This document shows, piece after piece, positions 54,985 through 63,360 of a DNA stretch of 64,000 nucleotides. The stretch is from contig CAKSUT010000001.1 of the NCBI GenBank assembly GCA_934502885.1, positions 143,814-207,813 of the forward strand, written 5' to 3'. The position numbers were made by a program, and so were the translations under genes. Position 1 is the first letter of the stretch. Each line of letters begins with the position of its first letter. Below the pieces are notes generated by a model. It saw only the letters and a program-made list of their open reading frames with translations, did no database searches and was not told the origin of the DNA. Origin of the DNA: an uncultured Eubacteriales bacterium. Its GTDB lineage: Bacteria > Bacillota > Clostridia > Oscillospirales > CAG-382.

Positions 54985-55875
54985 ATGGAAAAGATAATCA
55001 ACATAACCGTAAACGGCGAAACAGACGGAAAACGCATAAAAGACTTGCTTACATACACTCTCAGACTCTCGGGTAACAACATAAAGAAGTTAAAATTTCA
55101 CGGCAAAATACTGAAAAACGGAGAAAACGCCGCCGTCCGTGACGAGCTTTCGGTCGGCGACAAGATAACGCTTGTGTTCCCCGACGAACGCTCGGAGAGT
55201 ATCGTTCCGTCCGACATACCGATAGAGGTTATTTACGAGGACGACGACGTACTTGCCGTAAACAAGCCCTCCGCAATGCCGACTCATCCGAGTGCCGGTC
55301 ACCGTGACGACACGCTTGCAAACGCAGTCATGTACAGATACGGCGGAAGCTTTGTCTTTCGCCCCATAACAAGACTTGACGGCGACACGACGGGAACGGT
55401 TCTCATAGCGAAGAATGCCGCAAGCGGAAGCAGGCTCTGTGCAGATATAGCCGCAGGAAAATTACATAAAAGCTACGTTGCTCTTTGCGTCGGAGTGCCG
55501 AAAGAAAGTTCCGGGACAATCGACGCACCTATAGGTCGTGCCGACGGCAGTATAATCAAGCACACAATACGCGCGGACGGAGCGGAGGCGGTGACGAAGT
55601 ACGAGGTTATATCGCAATCGCAAAGCGGTGCATATTCGCTCATAAGAGCATACCCCATAACCGGCAGAACGCACCAGATAAGAATACATCTTGCAAGCAT
55701 CGGCTGTCCGATATACGGCGATTTTCTTTACGGAGAGGAAATACCGGGAGTGCGGACTCTCCTTCACTGCGAGTCGGTTACCTTCCCCCACCCGTCCGAC
55801 GGACATCCGGTAAAGGTCACGTCCGAAATACCGCCCGATATGCGTAAAATGACCGTAAAGCTTAACCTTGCATGA
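54985..55875 (+). CDS. RluA-family (RluD-type, S4 domain) pseudouridine synthase
   Basis: An S4-like N-terminus, the catalytic TRLDGDTTGTVLIAK motif, and ..GRTHQIRIHLASIGCPIYGD... Confidence 0.88.
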   Translation: MEKIINITVNGETDGKRIKDLLTYTLRLSGNNIKKLKFHGKILKNGENAAVRDELSVGDKITLVFPDERSESIVPSDIPIEVIYEDDDVLAVNKPSAMPTHPSAGHRDDTLANAVMYRYGGSFVFRPITRLDGDTTGTVLIAKNAASGSRLCADIAAGKLHKSYVALCVGVPKESSGTIDAPIGRADGSIIKHTIRADGAEAVTKYEVISQSQSGAYSLIRAYPITGRTHQIRIHLASIGCPIYGDFLYGEEIPGVRTLLHCESVTFPHPSDGHPVKVTSEIPPDMRKMTVKLNLA

Positions 55876-55880
55876 CAAAT

Positions 55881-55920
55881 GGCGGACCGTGTACTCAGCG
55901 GTCCGCCGCAGTTCTTTTAT
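55881..55920. terminator. hairpin terminator between convergent genes
   Basis: ggcggaccg-tgtactcag-cggtccgcc, followed by gcagttctttt. Confidence 0.7.
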
Positions 55921-55930
55921 TATATTACTG

Positions 55931-57442
55931 TCAGCCGTTGTAGTTTTTTCTGCGACCGAAACCGATGAAGTTGCTCTTCGGTTTTTCGCCGATAGACGGA
56001 ATCGTGCGGAAGGACTGTCCGATATTTAAACCGTTTTCATCCAGCCTTCTCTGAAGAGAGGCAACATCGATGTCTCTTACGTATTTTCCGCTGTTTGCGC
56101 ACATTGCGGCGGCAGTACCGGCGGCTTCGCCGAGAGACATACAGCACATCACAAGACGTGTTCCGGATTGCCCGGGGACATCTGCGGAAATGTTTCTGCC
56201 GGCAGAAAGCAAGTTGTTCAGCTTTATGGGAACAAGACTTCTGTAAGGAATGTCATACCAGAACTCGCCATCGGGTACAAGGTCTATCATATTGACTCTG
56301 GGCAGATCGTCCTCCGGCGGTAATTGAGTACCCCATCCGGCTCGGTTTGAGATATATGCCTCTCTGCCGTCTGGAAGAGTACCCTTAAACCATTTAAGAT
56401 TACCGGGGGCTGTAAAACCATGAATATCAAAGCCGTGCTGACTTATAGTAATAACATCGTCAAAACGTCTTGCATATGCAATGTCCATTCCCGTAAAAAT
56501 ATATTCACCCTTGATGCGGCGGCTTTCTCTTACGCCGAGAAGTGTCCCTGTGTAACTAAGGTAGGAGTTTTCAAATCCGGGTACGTTTTCCCTGATGAAT
56601 TCGGCGAGTATGGCACACTGTTCTCTGCCCTCTGTGTACATTCTCGTTAAATCTTCATTATCGGTAGGGCGACAGTTACGCGAATGTGCGAGACAAACAC
56701 CGACCTCATCCATTCCGCAATGCTCCGGACGCGAGGGGATGTGCGTCATCCAGTTTATGTGGTTGTCAATTTCGTAGGACAGCTTCCCCTCCGCAAGGGA
56801 TTTTTTGATTAAATCTACCCACTTCGGGTCATTTTGACGCAGGTCACTTGCCGCATATTTATCAAAATCAACTCCACCGAGGACAAAATCGAGCGAGCAT
56901 CCCATTGAAATGCCATCCTCTGTGCGACCGCTCATTGTTTCGGCCCCGGCAAGGAAGGCAACGTCAGAGTCTCCGGTCGCATCAACGAATGTCTTGCCCA
57001 GTATTGCACGCAAGCCTCTTTTCGTATATATAACAACTCCCTTTAAATCGTCTCCGTCAACCACAGCATCAATAACGGGCGTAACAAGAAGAACTTTTAC
57101 GCCTGCTTCGGTCATCATTCTGTCGAGAATCAGCTTGTGCTTTTCAGGATCTGTATTATTATGCTTAAGACCGCCTATTTCGGTTATCCTCTTGTAAAAA
57201 TCAGCACCTACGCCCGAAGCAAAATCAAGGGGAATATTAACAATTCCAAATGTTGCCAGTCCCCCGAGACCGCTCGTGTTTTCAATAATGATGGTCGAAG
57301 CTCCGTTTTTCGCCGCGGCAAGTGCCGCACCGCAGCCTGCCATGCCGCCCCCCGCAACAACAACATCGTACTCACCCATTACAGGTATTTTTCTCTCGTC
57401 CTTGCTTATCAGACAACCGTTTTTTACATTAAATTCAATCAT
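55931..57442 (-). CDS. FAD-dependent oxidoreductase (FAD_oxidored/PF12831-like)
   Basis: YDVVVAGGGMAGCGAALAAAKNGAS..IENTSGLGG. 503 aa. The ATG overlaps the ferredoxin stop codon (ATGA). Confidence 0.75.
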   Translation of the reverse strand: MIEFNVKNGCLISKDERKIPVMGEYDVVVAGGGMAGCGAALAAAKNGASTIIIENTSGLGGLATFGIVNIPLDFASGVGADFYKRITEIGGLKHNNTDPEKHKLILDRMMTEAGVKVLLVTPVIDAVVDGDDLKGVVIYTKRGLRAILGKTFVDATGDSDVAFLAGAETMSGRTEDGISMGCSLDFVLGGVDFDKYAASDLRQNDPKWVDLIKKSLAEGKLSYEIDNHINWMTHIPSRPEHCGMDEVGVCLAHSRNCRPTDNEDLTRMYTEGREQCAILAEFIRENVPGFENSYLSYTGTLLGVRESRRIKGEYIFTGMDIAYARRFDDVITISQHGFDIHGFTAPGNLKWFKGTLPDGREAYISNRAGWGTQLPPEDDLPRVNMIDLVPDGEFWYDIPYRSLVPIKLNNLLSAGRNISADVPGQSGTRLVMCCMSLGEAAGTAAAMCANSGKYVRDIDVASLQRRLDENGLNIGQSFRTIPSIGEKPKSNFIGFGRRKNYNG

Positions 57443-57633
57443 TTTTCTTCCTCCTTTATGGGTATAATTGCTTCGGCTTGACAGCAGTCATAGCATCTTC
57501 CGCAACCGAGACACTTTTCGGTATCAATCCTCGCCGAGACATTTTCGATTATTTCGACCGCTCCGATCGGGCACTGCGATACGCACATCAGGCACAACAC
57601 ACACCCTCCGCCAACCTTGTACTTTACTTTCAT
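57439..57633 (-). CDS. small 2x[4Fe-4S] ferredoxin-like protein
   Basis: CVLCLMCVSQCP and CLGCGRCYDCC cluster motifs in 64 aa. Confidence 0.8.
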   Translation of the reverse strand: MKVKYKVGGGCVLCLMCVSQCPIGAVEIIENVSARIDTEKCLGCGRCYDCCQAEAIIPIKEEEK

Positions 57634-57791
57634 AGCAACACCTCCTCAATCTCTCGAAGTTACCTATATTATAACATTTGGCGCAAGTCAAGTAAATATC
57701 CTATAATCGCATTATATTGAACTATTTTATCATTTTACTTGACTTCAATGCAATTTCGGTGTATAATGTCCTTAAAAAGGGGTGCGAAAAA

Positions 57792-58589
57792 ATGATAATA
57801 AAAAGCATATGTGCCGCAGAGAAAGAGTCGTTTTCTCTCATTAACATTTCTTCCGTAAAGCAAACTCCTGTCTGGAAAAATCTTACATCTCAGCCAGCGG
57901 CAGGTGGACGTAAGCTGAACGGTTTTTTACTTATAACCGAAGGTAAATGCAGATATGCGTGGTACGGCAACGAAGTACATCTTACCCACGGAAGCCTGAT
58001 ATATTTACCGACAGGTTCATGTCATTCCGTAACGGTCGAAGAGGAACCTTTTTCGTACTATCGCATAAGCTTCGATATGCTCCGAAATGAAAATGCGGAG
58101 CGAATTGTCTTTTCCGAGACGCCGCAGCTTGTCGAACACAACGTCGGACGTGAATTTGCAGGACTTTGTTACGATCTTATGCATGTTACGGCTTCGATTG
58201 ACGGAAGCTTCTCGGCAATATCAATAATGGCGGCTTTTCTTGAACGTGTAAAATCGTTCACCGTCAGAAGCTCATATGGCAGAGTCGGAAACGCTGTCAG
58301 GTATATTGACGGCAATTTTTCCGAAAATACCGATGCCGAGGTTCTTGCAAGAATGTGCTGCCTATGTGTTGCCCAATTTTATCGGCTGTTTAAGAAAGAG
58401 GTCGGTATGACTCCCGTAGAATACCGCAATAGGCTTCGTATAAACCGTGCGAAAAGGCTTCTCGACGATCCCGAGCTTCCGATATACGAAATTGCCTCCA
58501 TGGTCGGATTTGAAAGCGCAAGCTACTTTAACCGTATCTACAAACGGTATACGGGAGACTCCCCGGGGGTCGGACGAAACGCAAAATAA
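57792..58589 (+). CDS. AraC-family regulator (cupin-like sensor plus HTH), divergent from the ferredoxin/FAD operon
   Basis: ..ARMCCLCVAQFYRLFKKEVGMTPVEYRNRLRINRAKRLL.. and ..IASMVGFESASYFNRIYKRYTG... The start was moved to ATG 57792. Confidence 0.8.
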   Translation: MIIKSICAAEKESFSLINISSVKQTPVWKNLTSQPAAGGRKLNGFLLITEGKCRYAWYGNEVHLTHGSLIYLPTGSCHSVTVEEEPFSYYRISFDMLRNENAERIVFSETPQLVEHNVGREFAGLCYDLMHVTASIDGSFSAISIMAAFLERVKSFTVRSSYGRVGNAVRYIDGNFSENTDAEVLARMCCLCVAQFYRLFKKEVGMTPVEYRNRLRINRAKRLLDDPELPIYEIASMVGFESASYFNRIYKRYTGDSPGVGRNAK

Positions 58590-58590
58590 C

Positions 58591-58622
58591 AAAGAATCCC
58601 CATAGCCACGGGGATTCTTTCT
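58591..58622. terminator. bidirectional terminator
   Basis: aaagaatcccc-atagccac-ggggattcttt. Confidence 0.85.
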
Positions 58623-58651
58623 ATACTGTTACCAAATTTCGACATAATAAA

Positions 58652-59074
58652 TCATACAAACTTAAAGAGATTAAGTCCGGTATCCTCGTCCGCAAATCTG
58701 TCAACACGACCGTCTATGACGTTTATTATCATTTCGCAGGTTGCGCTGACGACCGCTCTGTTGAGATGACCGCCGAAAACCTCACCCTTATCGTTTCCGG
58801 CGCTCATGTGAAAATGAGCGTAAAACCCGTCGTTCATGGTATTTATCGTGCCGGTAAGCGACGATATTTCAAAGCTGCCTTTAAAAGAATTTGCGTAATA
58901 CTTTTTCTCTTCCGTGTTGTAGACACCGACGGTAAAATCATTTGTCGCTCCGAGAGCGTTTACCGAAGCAAGCTTTATACTTTCGCAAAGCGCAAGTTCT
59001 TTGACCTTTTGGAGAATTTCCTCGCCCTTGTCTATTCTTGCGACAATCGTATTTCCGAATCTTTTGTATTCCAT
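58652..59074 (-). CDS. PPC (DUF296) domain protein
   Basis: ..IVARIDKGEEILQKVKELA....ASVNALGATNDFTVGVY..SLTGTI......HFHMSAGN.. 140 aa. Confidence 0.65.
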   Translation of the reverse strand: MEYKRFGNTIVARIDKGEEILQKVKELALCESIKLASVNALGATNDFTVGVYNTEEKKYYANSFKGSFEISSLTGTINTMNDGFYAHFHMSAGNDKGEVFGGHLNRAVVSATCEMIINVIDGRVDRFADEDTGLNLFKFV

Positions 59075-59165
59075 ATTTACCTCCGAATTTGTTTTAATGA
59101 GTGATTATAAACCGAAAATATAAAAAGAGACCGAATGAAATGTCCGAATCAGACCGATTGCACTT

Positions 59166-59831
59166 TTAAACCTTATCTATATCAAGCCAAAGCCCCGGAA
59201 CAAGATTCTCGGCGTAAAACGGCTCGGCTTTCGCTTCATGGCGCAAATACCGCCTCACTTCCTCGTTTCCGCGTCCGTCAAACTCTTTGGATTTCACGTT
59301 CATCTCGGCAAACCAACCGTCGTAATACACGCTCTTCGGTCCGCCCATGGCAAGCAACGGCAGATTCTCGTCGCCGCTTTTGCTGAAATACCACCATGTG
59401 AGAGCCGTTACGGTAATTCCCAAGGCAGTCAGTTCGTCTATAAAATCTTCCGCATTTTCAGCAATTATGCAATCAATATATCCGTTGCCGACAGGCTGAA
59501 CCTTGTATTTCTTCAAAAGATTATCGACCGCACGTAATTGTAAAGGCGTATTTTGGGGACTTTCCGCGAAAAACAGTTCGTAAAAGTAATCGTCGCTTGC
59601 ATTTTGAAAGAACGCCGTCAGTTCCTCCCAACACCTCTCTTTGACGCAAACGTCGTAGCTGTTCTCCATGCTCGGCTGAATACCTCCGTTCGGATAAATA
59701 CGGAGAGCCTCTGTACAGCAAACACCAATACGCTTTTCCCTGCACCACTCAACAACTCTTGCGGCGTCATTTCGGCTGAAAAGTATGTTTCTGCCGTGAT
59801 ATATTATCGCATTGTCCGAAAAGTTCTTCAT
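59166..59831 (-). CDS. hypothetical cytoplasmic protein (no family assigned)
   Basis: This is an AT-rich ORF. The track start 59912 is a TTG that overlaps the upstream gene, so ATG 59831 (MKNFSDN..) is preferred. The RBS is weak. Confidence 0.4.
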   Translation of the reverse strand: MKNFSDNAIIYHGRNILFSRNDAARVVEWCREKRIGVCCTEALRIYPNGGIQPSMENSYDVCVKERCWEELTAFFQNASDDYFYELFFAESPQNTPLQLRAVDNLLKKYKVQPVGNGYIDCIIAENAEDFIDELTALGITVTALTWWYFSKSGDENLPLLAMGGPKSVYYDGWFAEMNVKSKEFDGRGNEEVRRYLRHEAKAEPFYAENLVPGLWLDIDKV

Positions 59832-59877
59832 GACACGCTTCTCATTCCTGCCTATCAAAAAGGATTCCCATATGCTG

Positions 59878-60444
59878 TCAATTCTTTTGATGTTCACGTT
59901 TGTACCTCTCAAAATCCGTTTCGTAGTAGTACCAATTATCCTCCTTCAAAGGGTCAAGCACATACAGGAAATCTATCTCCTCGTACATTCTCTCTTTGCT
60001 CTCACAATAAACCATGCCCCCATCCTGTGACAAAGTTGCCCAACGCGAAAATTTGAGAACATCACCGTGTTTTGAAACAGACACAAATCTGTACTTTAAA
60101 AACAACTTTTCAACCGCTTCCGCAACCTCAGGCACTTCGATTTTCTCATATTCGCCGTCCGCATAAAAGCAACCGTATCGTTCCGGATGGTCGTCGTACT
60201 TGTAATCGACGTCATTACAGCACATACTTTCATGCTCACAGGACATCATGTATTCGGAAACTATTCTTACCTCATCCTGATATTTTTCAAGTTCCTTATC
60301 CATTTCATGAGCATCTTGCGGATAGCCGAAAACAATTGAAATCACCGTGATCACTGCGGCAATAGCGGCAACCAACAGTACAGCGACAAACAATATACTT
60401 TTTGCAAGCCGCATAAAAAGCTTTAAAATCACAGCATTCCCCAC
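59878..60444 (-). CDS. hypothetical N-terminally membrane-anchored protein
   Basis: Transmembrane helix ILFVAVLLVAAIAAVITVISIVF followed by a ~140-aa acidic, aromatic-rich domain ending ..NWYYYETDFERYK... The start is uncertain (GTG 60444 or ATG 60414). Confidence 0.45.
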   Translation of the reverse strand: MGNAVILKLFMRLAKSILFVAVLLVAAIAAVITVISIVFGYPQDAHEMDKELEKYQDEVRIVSEYMMSCEHESMCCNDVDYKYDDHPERYGCFYADGEYEKIEVPEVAEAVEKLFLKYRFVSVSKHGDVLKFSRWATLSQDGGMVYCESKERMYEEIDFLYVLDPLKEDNWYYYETDFERYKREHQKN

Positions 60445-60541
60445 ATTTCAGTTGTAAATCGTATTTTGCACGCATCGTGAGCTTTCGATTGCCAAACAGC
60501 ACCGCTCAGTTATTGTCTTCAATCACATTTCAAGCAAAGCC

Positions 60542-61102
60542 TCACTTGATTTTCTTTCCGTCGCTGAAAGCTTTGCCGACCACGCCGCCGACTTTACGGT
60601 AGGTATTATGCACGGGGTCATAGGTTATGGGTGTGAATTTATCCAAATCGATTTTGCCGTCCTCGCCAAGTATTCTTTCGTCGGCGCAGACATTTACAAT
60701 TTCGCCCACAAGCCGACAGCTTTCCTTGTCATAGCTTATAAGTCTGCATTCAAGCGCCATGGGCAGTTCCTCGAAAAGCGGAGCGTCGATAAACTCACTC
60801 TTTACGGCGTGCCAGCCGGCTCTCTTTATTTTATCAGGCTCATTGTTTCCGGAAACTATGCCGACGTAGTCACAGGCAACGATGTTTTCAGCGTCTGCAA
60901 TACTCACGGTAAATGCGCCTTTTGCGATGATGTTCTTTGTCGTTTTGTGTTCGGCGCTTACGCAGATTGAAATTTCAGCTTCTTCGCTGATACCTCCCCA
61001 AGCGGCGTTCATCGCATTGGGATTACCGTTTTCGTCATACGAGCCGATGATAAGCACCGGCATAGGGTATAAAATTGCCTTTGCTCCGAAATTCTTTCTC
61101 AT
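60542..61102 (-). CDS. flavin reductase-like (FMN-binding split-barrel) protein
   Basis: ..AILYPMPVLIIGSYDENGNPNAMNAAWGG.. 186 aa. Confidence 0.75.
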   Translation of the reverse strand: MRKNFGAKAILYPMPVLIIGSYDENGNPNAMNAAWGGISEEAEISICVSAEHKTTKNIIAKGAFTVSIADAENIVACDYVGIVSGNNEPDKIKRAGWHAVKSEFIDAPLFEELPMALECRLISYDKESCRLVGEIVNVCADERILGEDGKIDLDKFTPITYDPVHNTYRKVGGVVGKAFSDGKKIK

Positions 61103-61449
61103 AATCTTTCACTCCATTCTTTTTCTTTGAATCCTACCAAAACAAAATCTTTTCCGATTAAAAGCGGACGTTTGATCAACATTCCGTCGGTTGCGAGCAG
61201 TTTCAGCTGTTCCTCCTCCGACATGGCGGAGAGCTTATCTTTAAGCTCCATGGACTTATACAAAAGTCCCGACGTATTGAAAAACTTCTTTAACGGAAGA
61301 CCGCTTGTTTTGTACCATAAAGTCAATTCCTCAAGGTTCGGGTTATCCTCCTTTATGTCACGAAGCTCGTGCTCGATGCCGTTGTCGTCAAGCCACTTCT
61401 TCGCTTTTTGACAGGTCGTGCATTTGGGGTAACAAATAAATTTGAGCAT
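61099..61449 (-). CDS. ArsC/Spx-family (YffB-like) thioredoxin-fold protein
   Basis: MLKFICYPKCTTCQKAKKWLDDNGIEHELRDI.. and ..DGMLIKRPLLI... Its stop codon overlaps the flavin reductase start. Confidence 0.8.
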   Translation of the reverse strand: MLKFICYPKCTTCQKAKKWLDDNGIEHELRDIKEDNPNLEELTLWYKTSGLPLKKFFNTSGLLYKSMELKDKLSAMSEEEQLKLLATDGMLIKRPLLIGKDFVLVGFKEKEWSERL

Positions 61450-61737
61450 GATATTCTCCTTTCTTTGCCGGGTGCTCGCAAGACACCGGATTTTTTGTAT
61501 AACATAAACCTTTCATTAAATGGCACCGTTGCATTGATGAACGATTGTGAGTGGGTGACGTTTAGAGATGGCATATCGTATTTTCTGTGTAGATAGATAA
61601 ATTGATATCGAACGCTTTTGAAAAGCAATCTTAATGTGTTACAAATTTGCTCATATCAACTGTTTGTACCGGCGTTTAAGCTGTGCCTTCTCATAAATTG
61701 GTATACCGACTATTCGTCAGCATTATTTGCAAACATT

Positions 61738-62181
61738 TCACTCATACATCATTGTATCGTAATAGTAGGAATTCCCTCCGCATCTTCTCAGGTTTGCGAC
61801 TCCGTCGAGTGCGCTGTTGGCTTCTCCGTTTATGAACATGATGCCGAATTCGTCGTCAACGGCGCCGCTCTCGATGTAGTAAATGTTGTCGCCGTCCTTG
61901 CGGAAATACAACAGGGCGTACTTGGAATTGTAGTTTTTGAACTCAATATCGCCGACGTTTCTTTCAAAAGCATCATACAGGGTTATTACGCCGTCGTTGA
62001 GATATCCTCTGCTGAAATCGCAGTCCTTTACGAGATTGTTTATCCGCTCGATATACATTGCATAACGCTGTCTTTCAGTAGGACGGTTGTCGTCTTTGAC
62101 ACTGAAATTCGACATTTCGCCGAAAAGAAGCAGAATTAACAGAAACATTCCCAAGCCGAAGAAATTAAGTCTGTCTCTCAT
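61738..62181 (-). CDS. hypothetical N-terminally membrane-anchored protein (possible distant paralogue of 59878-60444)
   Basis: GGAGG lies ~10 nt upstream of the ATG. Transmembrane helix FFGLGMFLLILLLFG. The C-terminus is ..GGNSYYYDTMMYE. Confidence 0.55.
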   Translation of the reverse strand: MRDRLNFFGLGMFLLILLLFGEMSNFSVKDDNRPTERQRYAMYIERINNLVKDCDFSRGYLNDGVITLYDAFERNVGDIEFKNYNSKYALLYFRKDGDNIYYIESGAVDDEFGIMFINGEANSALDGVANLRRCGGNSYYYDTMMYE

Positions 62182-62290
62182 TTTTTGTCAAACCTCCTCA
62201 TGTCGGAAAAATATGTAAACCGCCGTTCTGTAACAATTGTACAATAAACCGCAACATATTTCAACGCGGCATTTGTTAATTTTCCGAGGC

Positions 62291-62330
62291 TTGCGCATAT
62301 TGCGCGCATATTGCGCGTATTGCGCACATA
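62291..62330. repeat. four imperfect tandem copies of a TTGCGC(RY)ATA unit
   Basis: ttgcgcata ttgcgcgcata ttgcgcgta ttgcgcacata. Intergenic, ~110 nt upstream of the 147-aa gene. Confidence 0.8.
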
Positions 62331-62492
62331 ATTTTGCATTTGAAACATGAAGTCGGCACTGTCCGGATACCGCAAAAGCATCCGATTTATCGGAATATCG
62401 CAGTCGGTCAAGGAAACGCGTTCCGCACTCTGTCGTTAAATCGCCCAAAATGTAGATAAAATGTAAATATCGGATTTTTTTCGTAAAACCCC

Positions 62493-62521
62493 TTTACAAA
62501 AAAGAATTTGTGTGGTATACT
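62493..62521 (+). promoter_or_regulatory. promoter of the pyr operon
   Basis: TTTACA (62493-62498), a 17-nt spacer ending in TGg, then TATACT (62516-62521). Confidence 0.65.
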
Positions 62522-62544
62522 CTACGGGACAAGTGAACAGGAAC

Positions 62545-62702
62545 AATTCTTTAAGGACGGTACAGAGATGCCGCAAGATTTGTGACAACAGCGTTTTCCC
62601 CCCTGTGTCGGAGTGCGTGTATGCACGGACAGAGGTATGGGTGTGCGCGTACTTAAGACTGCAAATCTTGCTGCGGCATATGCCGAGGCAGGATATTTTT
62701 TT
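62545..62702 (+). promoter_or_regulatory. PyrR-binding attenuator leader: binding loop, antiterminator and terminator
   Basis: AAUUCUUUAAGGACGGUACAGAGAUGCCGCAAGAUU (62545-62580) resembles the PyrR-binding consensus (CUUUAAGG...CCAGAGAGGC...AAG). The segment 62568-62580 is complementary to 62664-62679, which would form the antiterminator. A GC-rich hairpin at 62671-62691 is followed by UAUUUUUUU. Confidence 0.6.
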
Positions 62703-62723
62703 GCGCATTGCGAGGTGACAAGG

Positions 62724-63260
62724 TTGCAGCTTAAGGCCACGATAATGGACGAGAACGCGGTAAAGCGCGCCATGATGCGAATATCGCACGAAATAACCGA
62801 GGTCAACAAAGGCTCGGAGAACATCGTGATAGTGGGCATCAAAAGACGCGGCATACCGCTCGGAAAGCTCGTTTGCGAGAACATAAAGAAAATCGAGGGT
62901 GTGGACGTTCCCTTTGCGTCGGTTGACATTACGTTCTACAGAGACGACCTCGAAAAGGCTCACGAAGACCCCGAAGTAAAAAATGCCGATCTCGGCGTTG
63001 ACATAAACGAAAAAACGGTCGTACTCGTTGACGACGTACTCTACACCGGAAGAACCGCAAGAGCGGCGATAGACGCCGTGTTCTCCGCCGGCAGACCCTC
63101 ACGTATACAGCTTGCGATACTCGTTGACCGAGGTCACAGAGAACTGCCGGTGAGAGCAGACTTTGTCGGAAAAAGCGTGCCGACTTCAAAGAACGAAGTG
63201 ATAAGCGTGAAGGTTCCCGAATACGACGGTTCACTATGCGCTGAGCTTTATTCACTTTAA
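62724..63260 (+). CDS. pyrR: bifunctional pyr operon regulator / uracil phosphoribosyltransferase PyrR
   Basis: (M)QLKATIMDENAVKRAMMRISHEITEVNKGSENIVIVGIKRRGIPLG.. and the PRPP motif VVLVDDVLYTGRTARAA. The TTG start at 62724 has GAGGTG 6 nt upstream; the track start 62613 lies inside the attenuator. Confidence 0.9.
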   Translation: MQLKATIMDENAVKRAMMRISHEITEVNKGSENIVIVGIKRRGIPLGKLVCENIKKIEGVDVPFASVDITFYRDDLEKAHEDPEVKNADLGVDINEKTVVLVDDVLYTGRTARAAIDAVFSAGRPSRIQLAILVDRGHRELPVRADFVGKSVPTSKNEVISVKVPEYDGSLCAELYSL

Positions 63261-63360
63261 GATTTCCGCTTATTTCGGCGGCCTCGCCGTGTAAGATATA
63301 AAACCCATCCGCAATACCGTGCCTCAAGGCTCGGAAAATAAAACTTTGGAGGTTACAAAG

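Noticed and set aside
62178-62448. Small minus-strand ORFs of 77 and 86 aa upstream of the 147-aa gene.
   Set aside because: They overlap the TTGCGC tandem array (giving ..CAQYAQYARN..), have no RBS, overlap each other in different frames, and have odd composition.
62613-62723. An upstream extension of pyrR (track start 62613).
   Set aside because: The extension would be translated through the attenuator terminator. PyrR homologues start about 8 residues before ..LDE.A..RA..RI.HEI.., which fits the TTG at 62724 with GAGGTG 6 nt upstream.
63261-63360. I looked for a second PyrR attenuator between pyrR and pyrP.
   Set aside because: There is no CCAGAGAGG-like loop and no terminator with a U-tract. 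Only a small CCGC-n6-GCGG hairpin is present.
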